Assembly: GCA_038244685.1 (NCBI GenBank)
Contig: JBBRTD010000001.1
Span: 259,569 to 323,568 of the forward strand
DNA from: Minisyncoccia bacterium
GTDB taxonomy: Bacteria; Patescibacteriota; Minisyncoccia; Phycocordibacterales; UBA9973
Direction of reading: 5' to 3'
DNA length: 64,000 bases
A model generated the notes under the pieces. It had not been told where the DNA came from and did no database searches. It was given only the letters and a program-made list of their open reading frames with translations. This document shows positions 26,694 to 35,629 of the stretch, in pieces. A program made the position numbers and the translations under genes. How positions within the stretch are numbered: the first letter of the stretch is position 1; each line of letters begins with the position of its first letter.

Positions 26694-29273
26694 TTAGTTC
26701 GATATAGATATATTTAATGTTGCTTCTCCTATTTTACCTGCTGTATCATAACCTAAGATGTGAATAGTGTTTTCGTTTGTTATTCCCGATATTTCTTTTG
26801 GAATAAACGAAACATTAAATGGTGCTGTTTTAAGTGTCTTTAAATAAACATCATTAATATAAATATCTATTTTTTTTATTTGATTTTGACCGAGAGAGTT
26901 AATTACAAAATTAATTCTTTCGGTATTTTTATATACATTGTTTCCAATACCTGAAATTGTAAATTCTGGATTTGATAATACATTTTGATTATTAATTACT
27001 GTTCCACCCTGAGCTATTATATTGGTGTATTTTGAATAATTACTGTTCCACCATTTTTGAACACCATATTCCCAGTTTTTATATTGTGAGTCGTTGGTTT
27101 GTTTGGCTGGTGTCATATTAAGTGGATTACTTTTATCTATCCAGTATAAAATAGTATGAACATTTGTTATTGATACTTCTTTTGTGCTCGTTTCTGTTGG
27201 TAGTCCTGTCATTGGATCGTATGAAGAATTATTTGTTTTTATTGTTTCTCCTCCTTGCCAAAAACCACGCAGAATAGGAGGCAACGAAGAATCAATTGGT
27301 TCTGGCGCCTCAAAGAATTCATTTGGTTTATCTTTTAGTGCTTCGGTCATCACTGCGTTCCAGATGGGGCCAGCAAGGGCTGCACCACCTTTTTTCATTG
27401 GGGTGTTGTCATTGTTACCAACCCAGACTCCAACCGCAACAGAGGGCGTATATCCAATAGTCCAAGCATCCTTATTGTTGTTTGTTGTTCCTGTTTTCAC
27501 CGCTACATTATGTCCTGGAATATTAAGTACGGAATTTGCTCCAAAGGTGGGAGTTCTTGCTTTATCATCAGATAGAATATCAGATAAAATATTTGTAGTA
27601 TTAGGATTTAAAACAGGATAAGATTTATCTTCATACTTTTCAAGGACATCTTTATTGGCATTTTCAACAGAAATGATACCTTGATATGGATGACGAATAC
27701 CACTTGCTGCAAAGACTCCATAAGCTGAAGTCATTTCAAGAAGAGTTGTTTCACCACCTCCGATAACAAGAGACAAACCATATCTTGTTGGGTCTGTTAA
27801 TGTTGTTATTCCTAAATCGCTTGCCATTTTAATTGAATCTTTAATTCCAACTAAATACAAAAGTTTAACAGCCACTATGTTAATGGATTGAGCTAAGGCT
27901 TCTTTCAATGTCATCGGACCTCTATATTTACCATCATAATCGTCAGGTGTATAGCATGTGGCTCCCTTACTTCCTGGTAATGGATAGCCGTTAGGATCAC
28001 ACGATGCATTAAATTCTGTTTTTACATCGAAGAGTGTTGTATCGGCTGTGTATCCTTTTTCAAAGGCACTAGCATAAACTATTGGTTTGAAAGAAGAACC
28101 AGGCTGTCTTTGTGCTGTTGTGACGTTAAAATTTCCATCAACAGTTTTATCAAAATAATTTCTAGAACCAACCATCGCTAAAATTTGACCAGTCTTAGGA
28201 TCAATAACAACGATTCCTGTGTTTTTGCCATTCCAAGATTTTTCATTTTCCTTTCCTTTTTCTAGGGCAACAGCTTCGGCTTTCTTTTGTAAATTATAAT
28301 CAAGGGTTGTTACAATGTTTAGACCACCATCTTCCAGGGCGTTTATTCCATAGCGTTTTTCCAAATAATCTTTAATAAAAAAGACAAAGTGTGGGGCAGA
28401 AATGTTCATTGGCCTCTCTGGCATAAAAACAACAACTTCTGCTTTTGCTATGTTGTATGTATTTTCATCTATGAATTTCAAATCTAGCATTCTTTTTAAT
28501 ACTAAATTTTTTCTCTCATCTAATTTGTCTTTATTTTTTCTATAAGGAGAGTAATATGTCGGCCCATTTGGAATTGCTGCCAAGTAAGCAGATTCAGCCA
28601 AGGTTAAATTCATGGGTTCTTTATTAAAAAATGCTTTTGATGCTTCTTCTATACCATAAATATTTCCACCGTAAGGTGCTTCATTTAAATACAAAGCAAG
28701 AATATTATCTTTGCTCATAATTTTTTCAAGCTTTATGGCCAAAATCCATTCTTTGATTTTTCGAGCTATCGATCGATCGGAAGTTAGAAGAGTATTTTTT
28801 ATAAGCTGCTGAGTTATGGTTGATCCACCTTGTACTTTTTTCCCGGTTAATTTTGCCCAAACGGTTGCTCTAATTATCGAAGTGATACGAATACCTTTAT
28901 GCTGATAAAATTCACCATCTTCAATTGCAACTGTGGCATTTTTAATACCCGTTCCCATTTCTTCATAGGGGATAATTGTTCTTTTTATATTTTGATGTAT
29001 ATCATAAAGTAAAACTTCACCAGTTCTGTCATATATTTTTGTTGAACTTTCTATTTTTCTTTCCGTGAAAAGTTTAAAGTCCGGTAACTTTAAGGTACTA
29101 ACCCAAACAAGGGCAATTCCTGTAAATATAATTCCAATACCAATAAATAAAAACAATATATTTTTGAACGATTTAAATGTCATAATTGATTTATAAAATT
29201 TAGATGATTTAAAAGACTTAATTAATGCATAAAACTCTGATGATTTGAACGATTTTAATGAATATTTTCTCAT
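26694..29273 (-). CDS. Class A penicillin-binding protein (bifunctional transglycosylase/transpeptidase, PBP1A-like) with an N-terminal KSFKSS repeat tail and a C-terminal extra domain.
   Basis: GT51 motif region RATVWAKLTGKKVQGGSTITQQLIKN. Transpeptidase domain. N-terminal transmembrane helix. Confidence 0.9.
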   Translation of the reverse strand: MRKYSLKSFKSSEFYALIKSFKSSKFYKSIMTFKSFKNILFLFIGIGIIFTGIALVWVSTLKLPDFKLFTERKIESSTKIYDRTGEVLLYDIHQNIKRTIIPYEEMGTGIKNATVAIEDGEFYQHKGIRITSIIRATVWAKLTGKKVQGGSTITQQLIKNTLLTSDRSIARKIKEWILAIKLEKIMSKDNILALYLNEAPYGGNIYGIEEASKAFFNKEPMNLTLAESAYLAAIPNGPTYYSPYRKNKDKLDERKNLVLKRMLDLKFIDENTYNIAKAEVVVFMPERPMNISAPHFVFFIKDYLEKRYGINALEDGGLNIVTTLDYNLQKKAEAVALEKGKENEKSWNGKNTGIVVIDPKTGQILAMVGSRNYFDKTVDGNFNVTTAQRQPGSSFKPIVYASAFEKGYTADTTLFDVKTEFNASCDPNGYPLPGSKGATCYTPDDYDGKYRGPMTLKEALAQSINIVAVKLLYLVGIKDSIKMASDLGITTLTDPTRYGLSLVIGGGETTLLEMTSAYGVFAASGIRHPYQGIISVENANKDVLEKYEDKSYPVLNPNTTNILSDILSDDKARTPTFGANSVLNIPGHNVAVKTGTTNNNKDAWTIGYTPSVAVGVWVGNNDNTPMKKGGAALAGPIWNAVMTEALKDKPNEFFEAPEPIDSSLPPILRGFWQGGETIKTNNSSYDPMTGLPTETSTKEVSITNVHTILYWIDKSNPLNMTPAKQTNDSQYKNWEYGVQKWWNSNYSKYTNIIAQGGTVINNQNVLSNPEFTISGIGNNVYKNTERINFVINSLGQNQIKKIDIYINDVYLKTLKTAPFNVSFIPKEISGITNENTIHILGYDTAGKIGEATLNISISN

Positions 29274-29340
29274 ATATTAATATCATAACACAATAATGCC
29301 ACCTGCGGACAAGGGCTTCTTTTTATGATAAAATACTAGA

Positions 29341-30537
29341 ATGAACAAGATAAATGATGAATTATTAACAAGAGGGATATCTGCTATTTACCCAGCTAAG
29401 GAATTTTTAGAAAGTAAAATAAAAAAAGGAGAAAAGCTAACAATATATCTAGGTATTGATCCAACCGGACCCACTCTTCATCTTGGGCATGCAATTCCAA
29501 TTAAAAAATTAAGCGAATTTCAAAAAGCCGGACACAAAGTAATACTATTGATGGGGGATTTTACTGCTATGATTGGAGACCCTACAGACAAGGGGGCGGC
29601 CAGAAAACAACTTACCCATAAGGAAGTTATGGTTAATTTAAAAAATTATAAGAAGCAAGCTAGCTTTCTGCTTTCATTTAAAGGTAAAAATGCAGCCAAT
29701 ATAATGTTTAATTCAAAATGGCTTGGCAAAATGAATTTTGCTGATGTTATAAACCTTGCTTCAAAAATGACCGTTCAACAAATGTTAGAGCGTGATATGT
29801 TTAAAAAAAGAACAGAGGAAAATAAGCCTATATTTATTCATGAGTTTATGTACCCGCTCATGCAAGCTTATGATAGTGTGGCCATGGATGTAGACGGAGA
29901 GATTGGAGGTAATGACCAGATTTTTAACATGCTTTGTGGTCGTGACTTAATGAAAACACTAAAAGGAAAAGAAAAATTTGTTATAGCCCTAAAGCTTCTC
30001 GAAGATAATAATGGTATAAAAATGGGTAAGTCAGATGGAAATATGTCAGCTCTCTCTGACACCGCCGAACAAATGTTTGGAAGTGTTATGAGTTGGAATG
30101 ACGGTTTACTTCTTTCAAGCTTTGAACTTTGCACAAATATTTCATTAGATGAAATAGAAACTATTAAAAAAGATATAAATACAAATAAGGCTAACTTCCG
30201 CGATTTAAAAATGAAACTCTCTAGAGAAATTGTTGCCATATATCACGGCGATAAAAAAGCTAAAGAAGCAGAAGAAAACTGGATAAATGTTTTTTCGAAG
30301 AAAGAGATACCAACTGATATTGAGGAAATATTAGGGGAAGAGGGGATATTATTGGTAGATATACTTTTAAATAATAAAATTGTTTCCTCAAAAAGCGATT
30401 TTCGTAGGTTGGTAGAAGAAAAAGCAATTACTAATTTGGATACGAACGATAAGATTTCTTCTATTACAGAAATAGCCAAAGAGGGTGTGTATAGAATAGG
30501 AAAGAAAAGATTCTGCAAAATTTCAATTTCTAAATAA
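29341..30537 (+). CDS. tyrS: Tyrosyl-tRNA synthetase.
   Basis: HIGH-type motif GIDPTGPTLHLGH. KMSKS-type motif KMGKS. C-terminal S4-like domain. Confidence 0.85.
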   Translation: MNKINDELLTRGISAIYPAKEFLESKIKKGEKLTIYLGIDPTGPTLHLGHAIPIKKLSEFQKAGHKVILLMGDFTAMIGDPTDKGAARKQLTHKEVMVNLKNYKKQASFLLSFKGKNAANIMFNSKWLGKMNFADVINLASKMTVQQMLERDMFKKRTEENKPIFIHEFMYPLMQAYDSVAMDVDGEIGGNDQIFNMLCGRDLMKTLKGKEKFVIALKLLEDNNGIKMGKSDGNMSALSDTAEQMFGSVMSWNDGLLLSSFELCTNISLDEIETIKKDINTNKANFRDLKMKLSREIVAIYHGDKKAKEAEENWINVFSKKEIPTDIEEILGEEGILLVDILLNNKIVSSKSDFRRLVEEKAITNLDTNDKISSITEIAKEGVYRIGKKRFCKISISK

Positions 30538-30540
30538 ATT

Positions 30541-30591
30541 AAAAAACAGATGTTGTACGTCTACGGGAGACGTTCAACATCTGTTTTTTTT
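30541..30591. terminator. Bidirectional intrinsic terminator with a 16-bp stem (T1 of a two-member family).
   Basis: cagatgttgtacgtct-acggg-agacgttcaacatctg flanked by A6 and T8. Confidence 0.75.
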
Positions 30592-30601
30592 GTATACCAA
30601 T

Positions 30602-30802
30602 TTAATAATCTGAAGATCCATCTAATCCAACAAAGTCGTCTGTTTCTTCTTCGTCTACTTCTTCGTCGGTAATTAACTCATCGTCTAAAATTTCATCATC
30701 TAATGGATCATCAAGGTCATCAGGAGAAATTAATATATCAACTTCTTCATCGCTTACCTCAACTCCGACACTATTTAATTCTTCCTCTTCTTTATAGCTC
30801 AT
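30602..30802 (-). CDS. Small, extremely acidic hypothetical protein (66 aa, roughly half Asp/Glu).
   Basis: MSYKEEEELNSVGVEVSDEEVDILISPDDLDDPLDDEILDDELITDEEVDEEETDDFVGLDGSSDY. Downstream of ruvC on the same strand. Confidence 0.5.
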   Translation of the reverse strand: MSYKEEEELNSVGVEVSDEEVDILISPDDLDDPLDDEILDDELITDEEVDEEETDDFVGLDGSSDY

Positions 30803-30893
30803 AAATTAATATTTAAGATTTAAAAACATATTATAATGACTATTTGTATCAAAATATTATTTTCTTTGCAATAGCTTGGAGCTGTGGAAAACT

Positions 30894-31385
30894 CTATTTA
30901 TATTTAAGGTTAAATTTTTCACAGGCTAAACAGGTAATTCCTATGGCAATTGCGTCTAATTCGTCATCAGAATTGGTTTCTGTTTTTATATCAATTAGCT
31001 TTCTGACCATTGAGATAACCATATCTTTTGTTGATTTGCCGTAGCCCGTAACTGCAATTTTTATTTGGGGCGGGGTGTACTCAAAAACCAGTAAACCATT
31101 CCTTGATGCAGTATAGACCATAACCCCCCTGGCCTCTGAAACACCCATTACTGTTTTTTGATTTGTTGTAAAATATAGCTTTTCGATAGCTAGGGCTTCT
31201 GGTTTGTATTTTTTTATAACCCTTTCTAATTCTTCACCGATTAGGGTCAATCGAGAATGGAAGGGGATTTTTGGAGAGGTTTTAAAACAAGCTGAATACA
31301 CCAAGTCATGCTTTGGTTTTAGTGATTTATCTAATATAGCTATTCCCATTCTTTCAAAGCCGGGATCTATTGCAAGTATTCTCAT
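30894..31385 (-). CDS. ruvC: Holliday junction resolvase RuvC. Start moved to the internal MRILAIDPG.
   Basis: N-terminus MRILAIDPGFERMGIAILD and acidic catalytic residues. Confidence 0.85.
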   Translation of the reverse strand: MRILAIDPGFERMGIAILDKSLKPKHDLVYSACFKTSPKIPFHSRLTLIGEELERVIKKYKPEALAIEKLYFTTNQKTVMGVSEARGVMVYTASRNGLLVFEYTPPQIKIAVTGYGKSTKDMVISMVRKLIDIKTETNSDDELDAIAIGITCLACEKFNLKYK

Positions 31386-31422
31386 TATTTTTTTATTTTC
31401 TGGAGTTAAAATGAAAGAAAAT

Positions 31423-32415
31423 TTATTTCTCAATAAAATCAAAACCTAAATGCTCGTAAGCTTTTTTTGTAACAGTTCTACCACGACTTGTTCTCTCTAA
31501 TAATCCTAATTGTATTAAATATGGTTCAATAACTTCTTCTATTGTGGCCTCTTCTTCACTAGTTGCAGCTGAAACAGTTTTAAGTCCGACAGGTCCACCA
31601 TTAAATTTATTTATTATTATTTCAAGGACACGTCTATCAGAAGAAGTTAATCCGATTTCATCAATCTCAAGAAGGGCCAAAGCGCTCTTAACAGCACCCT
31701 TAGAAAGAGGAATTTTGTTTACTTGAGCGTAGTCGCGACATCGCTTCAAGAAATAGTTTGCCGTACGAGGTGTGAATCTTGCTCTTTTGGCAATCTCATC
31801 AAGGGCATCACTGTCTAATTCAACACCTAGGATATTCGCAGAACGCGAGACAATTTTTTTAATTTCATCATGAGTATAAAATTCAAGTCGAAAAACTCCA
31901 CCCGAAAATCTAGAACGAAGAGGAGAAGACAGAAGAGCAATTCTTGTTGTCGCTGCAATTAAAGTAAAAGGAGGTAATTCTAGCTGTATTGTTCTTGCTG
32001 ATGGACCTTTACCAATAATAATATCCAAGACTCCTGATTCCATAGCAGGGTAGAGAACCTCTTCAACCATTTTATTTAGACGATGAATTTCATCTATGAA
32101 TACAATATCGCCAGGGGCCAAATTTGTAAGAATAGAAGCCAAGTCTCCAACTTTTTCAATCGCAGGACCCGATGTGATTTTTATTTGGCGACGAGTCTCT
32201 TTGGCTATTAAATGAGCCAATGTTGTCTTGCCAAGACCTGGTGGACCATAGAAAAGGATGTGTTCAGCTGGGTGAGATCTCTCTTCAGCGGCAGTTAAAA
32301 GTATTTTTAAATTCGCTTTTATATTTTCTTGGCCAACATAATCATCCCAGATAGTTGGACGTAATGTTTGGTCTAAAAAGCCCTCATCTTTTGTTGTTGT
32401 ATCTTTACTTGACAT
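31423..32415 (-). CDS. ruvB: Holliday junction branch-migration ATPase RuvB.
   Basis: Walker A GPPGLGKTT. RuvB-type AAA+ fold and length (330 aa). Confidence 0.92.
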   Translation of the reverse strand: MSSKDTTTKDEGFLDQTLRPTIWDDYVGQENIKANLKILLTAAEERSHPAEHILFYGPPGLGKTTLAHLIAKETRRQIKITSGPAIEKVGDLASILTNLAPGDIVFIDEIHRLNKMVEEVLYPAMESGVLDIIIGKGPSARTIQLELPPFTLIAATTRIALLSSPLRSRFSGGVFRLEFYTHDEIKKIVSRSANILGVELDSDALDEIAKRARFTPRTANYFLKRCRDYAQVNKIPLSKGAVKSALALLEIDEIGLTSSDRRVLEIIINKFNGGPVGLKTVSAATSEEEATIEEVIEPYLIQLGLLERTSRGRTVTKKAYEHLGFDFIEK

Positions 32416-32646
32416 TATATTTTTAGTATGCTATACTCTCTTTGTAACTTGATATGGTAATTATAGCATTTTTGTGAAGAGGACATAAATCTCTAAGCAA
32501 TCGGCCCCGTGCTCTATATATGTGCATAGGACGTCTTGGTTTATATTTATATTTACTGGGTCTATCCTGTAAGCTTATATTACTTTGTTAGCGCATGCTT
32601 TCAAAGGATTGTTTAGAGATTTATGTTTTTTTCTTTATATTAAAAA

Positions 32647-32765
32647 GGTGTAATAGTTTTATCAGAGGTGCATGCGCAAGGCCGACGGGCCGAGCAATGA
32701 GGAAATTTCTAGCAAGAAATTATCCGGACCCTCTGAGAAAATCTATTACACCTTTTTATTTTATA
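32647..32765. other. Roughly 105-nt imperfect palindromic structured element flanked by A- and T-tracts. Either a complex terminator for pilB or a small RNA.
   Basis: Closing stem GGTGTAATAG/CTATTACACC. Inner stem CAGAGG/CCTCTG. GC-rich core gcgcaaggccgacgggccgagc. T-tract at 32753..32762. Confidence 0.4.
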
Positions 32766-32768
32766 ATC

Positions 32769-34475
32769 TTAATCTTCGTATAAATCTACAACCGAAGCCA
32801 CTTCTTCATAAGAAGTAATACCACGTAATATCTTTAAGATTCCATCCTCTTGAATTGTAAGTGATATTTGAGTTCGAGCTACTTCTTTTATTTCTCTTTC
32901 ACTTGGATTTCTGGTTATAATCTCTTCAATTTTCGCATCATTATAAATTGCTTCAAAGATTCCTATCTGTCCATGATAACCAGTATTATTACATTCTGGA
33001 CATCCAACCGGTTCATACATTTTAAAAGGTATAGTTATATCAATACCATAATCAGCAAAACTCTTGCCGTAAGACTTTGCTTTTTCTATTGAAGAATTTA
33101 TTACCTTCAATTCGTCTTCTTTTATAATTCTTTCTTTTTTACAATGAATACAAAGTCTTCGGACTAATCGCTGAGCAATTGATAGGGCTAAAGCGGAAAC
33201 CAAAATTTTAGGATTAACATCTAAATCAATTAAACGGGGGATTACTCCTGCGGCATTGTTGGTGTGAAGAGTTGAGAAGACTAAGTGACCAGTCAAAGCA
33301 GACTCAACTGCAATTTTGGCTGTTTCGCTGTCTCTTATTTCTCCAACCATGATAACATCTGGATCTTGACGAAGGGCTGAACGTAGACCCTCTAGGAAAG
33401 TATAACCTTTTTCGCTATCTGTTTGAGTTTGAGTAATTCCAGGTAGGTGATATTCAATCGGGTCTTCAATTGTAATAATTTTAATTTCTGTTGAGTAAAT
33501 TTTTTGAAGGAAAGAATAGAGTGTTGTTGTTTTACCGGAACCAGTTGGACCAGTTAAAAGAATAAGACCATTAGGCTTTCTTATTTCTTTCATAAAAATT
33601 TCGTATAATTTTGGCTCAATACCCATATCTTCCAACTTAACTCTTATGGATTTAGGGTTGAGTATTCTCATAACAATAGATTCACCATATGCTCCTGGAA
33701 TAAGAGAGACACGAAGAGAGATTTCATCTTGATCAAGATAAATACTAAAGCGTCCGTCCTGGGCAATAGAACTAGCAGTAATTTTTAAACCAGAGATAAG
33801 TTTAATTCTAGAATTTATAAATTTGTGAGCAGCTGGAGTTATTTCCATAACTTCATGTAATATTCCATCAAGTCTGAAACGTAAACGAACTGTATTTTCT
33901 TCTGGTTCGAAGTGTATATCAGAAGCATTAATAGCGACAGCTCCAGCGATTGCAATCTCTAGTATGTGTGAGGTTGTATGGATATTATCTTTCTCAATGT
34001 CTTGGACGGCCTTTCTAATATCATCAACATTTTTTATATTAACCATTATTTTCTTAAGAGAATCTCCAGAAATGGCAATGCTTCCAGACTTTGATTCTGA
34101 AGCATAAGAAATTTCCTTATATCGATCCCAAGCTTTTTCTAGACTAGACTTAGATGCCATATAAAAATGGGGTATATACTCATGGTCTGTAAAAAACTTA
34201 CGCAAGTTTATTAATTTGTCTGGCTGAGGTGATCGGACAGCAACGTGAATATCTTTTCCAAGAAGTTTAAATGGAGCCACTTCTAATTCTCTTGCTTCTT
34301 TTTCTTGTATCGTGCGAAGAGCATCATTATCTATTGGAATAGAAGAAAGATTAATAGGGGGTACTCCATAACGAACTTGAGCCAAGGCTTCCACTAAATC
34401 TTCCTCTTCCTTCTTTCTTAAATCTAAAAAGTTTTTATTCTGCTTGTCGTCATCAAATTGAATAGTCATATGCAA
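32769..34475 (-). CDS. pilB: Type IV pilus / type II secretion assembly ATPase of the PilB/GspE family.
   Basis: Walker A GPTGSGKTT. C-terminal tetracysteine CxxC...CxxC (CIHC...CPEC). N-terminal GSPII_E_N-like region. Confidence 0.88.
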   Translation of the reverse strand: MHMTIQFDDDKQNKNFLDLRKKEEEDLVEALAQVRYGVPPINLSSIPIDNDALRTIQEKEARELEVAPFKLLGKDIHVAVRSPQPDKLINLRKFFTDHEYIPHFYMASKSSLEKAWDRYKEISYASESKSGSIAISGDSLKKIMVNIKNVDDIRKAVQDIEKDNIHTTSHILEIAIAGAVAINASDIHFEPEENTVRLRFRLDGILHEVMEITPAAHKFINSRIKLISGLKITASSIAQDGRFSIYLDQDEISLRVSLIPGAYGESIVMRILNPKSIRVKLEDMGIEPKLYEIFMKEIRKPNGLILLTGPTGSGKTTTLYSFLQKIYSTEIKIITIEDPIEYHLPGITQTQTDSEKGYTFLEGLRSALRQDPDVIMVGEIRDSETAKIAVESALTGHLVFSTLHTNNAAGVIPRLIDLDVNPKILVSALALSIAQRLVRRLCIHCKKERIIKEDELKVINSSIEKAKSYGKSFADYGIDITIPFKMYEPVGCPECNNTGYHGQIGIFEAIYNDAKIEEIITRNPSEREIKEVARTQISLTIQEDGILKILRGITSYEEVASVVDLYED

Positions 34476-34563
34476 TAATTATATATTATAAGGTTTTTAA
34501 AAGCGAATAATTTAGAAAAATATTTTAATTTTCCGAAATTTTATTATAAATTGGGTCGTATAA

Positions 34564-34681
34564 GGGGTTGACAAATCTTGTTAAATATGCTTTCATATAA
34601 GGGAATGAGTATTTGTGATTACTATATATGCCTCTCAAATCTGGGTGTTATATATAGTAATCACAAATTAAAATTAAAAAC
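34564..34681 (+). promoter_or_regulatory. Promoter (GGGGTTGACAA -35 element) plus 5'UTR hairpin. Copy A of a duplicated regulatory module.
   Basis: TTGACA at 34568..34573. Perfect 15-bp inverted repeat GTGATTACTATATAT/ATATATAGTAATCAC enclosing the loop gcctctcaaatctgggtgtt. Ends in taaaattaaaaa before the ATG. Confidence 0.55.
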
Positions 34682-35287
34682 ATGAAAAATTTAGTTATTT
34701 TAGGAATTGTCCTATTGTTAGGAGTCGTTTATGCATGTAAAACAACACAAGTGGCTCCACCCCAGCAACTTCCAGCACAGCAGTTGGAACAAAAGTTGCC
34801 TGATTTATGGCTTCAGGATACATACTCGGCAATAGACCCGAGTGATCCTGTAACATTCTACAATGAGCATGAGATAATTGTTAGGGCAGAGATCCCTAAA
34901 AAAACGATTATGTTCAAAGATGGGAATACTTATCGGATTGACAGCTCGACTGTTGTTTCGTTTGTAATTCCAGCTATGACGCCAGGAGTTCTCATTAAGG
35001 CAAACAGGACAAAAACCGGTTTAACTGAGATGATTATATCCTTTGACGAGTCTGATCCAAACTACACATGTTCGTTTGTTGTAATGCCAAGTAAGGCATT
35101 TACATTAAACTCAAACATGAAAATTTCTTTTGAAGGTAAAACTTACGCTGTCAAAGCCTCTATTAAGGGAGATGGCTCGGGATTAAACAGATTAAGGTCA
35201 AATTTTTATGATCTAAAACAGCAGAACCAAATTAATGGCTCCGCTGCCGGCAGAAATGCTAGCGGAACCAAAATCATCAGTAAATAA
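34682..35287 (+). CDS. Lipoprotein with a lipobox (VYAC), hypothetical surface protein.
   Basis: Signal peptide ending LLLGVVYAC. Confidence 0.6.
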   Translation: MKNLVILGIVLLLGVVYACKTTQVAPPQQLPAQQLEQKLPDLWLQDTYSAIDPSDPVTFYNEHEIIVRAEIPKKTIMFKDGNTYRIDSSTVVSFVIPAMTPGVLIKANRTKTGLTEMIISFDESDPNYTCSFVVMPSKAFTLNSNMKISFEGKTYAVKASIKGDGSGLNRLRSNFYDLKQQNQINGSAAGRNASGTKIISK

Positions 35288-35317
35288 AACAGAAGTTTTA
35301 TTTAAAATATAAATTAA

Positions 35318-35352
35318 TTCCCTTAACTAATTATGTTAAGGGAATTTTTTTT
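35318..35352 (+). terminator. Intrinsic terminator.
   Basis: ttcccttaac-taattat-gttaagggaa followed by T8. Confidence 0.7.
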
Positions 35353-35499
35353 ATTAAATTATTAATTATAGATTTAATAATCATTTTTATAATTCTAAAA
35401 CCAGTCTTATTTCATAATAATATATCTCAGTATTTCAAAGAAAAATTACATATTAAGCTTTTCGTTTCGTCAAATTAGCCATAAAGGGGAGTCTTTAAT

Positions 35500-35629
35500 G
35501 GGGTTGACAAGAGTGACCAAATATGCTATCATATAGACAAATGTTTTAGTTTTAAGTGTTTTATTTGTTTCTCAAATTTGGGGAGTAAATATAACGCTTA
35601 AAATTAAAAAAACAAAAAAAACGAAAGAT
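35500..35629 (+). promoter_or_regulatory. Promoter plus 5'UTR hairpin. Copy B of the duplicated module.
   Basis: GGGGTTGACAA, then a 17-nt spacer, then TATCAT. 15-nt hairpin arms ttaagtgttttattt/aaatataacgcttaa around the loop gtttctcaaatttggggagt. Ends in ttaaaattaaaaa. Confidence 0.55.

Noticed and set aside
32595-32783. 62-aa plus-strand ORF between ruvB and pilB.
   Set aside because: It coincides with the GC-rich palindromic structured element and has Arg/Cys-rich composition typical of translating a GC-rich hairpin. Reported as a noncoding structure instead.
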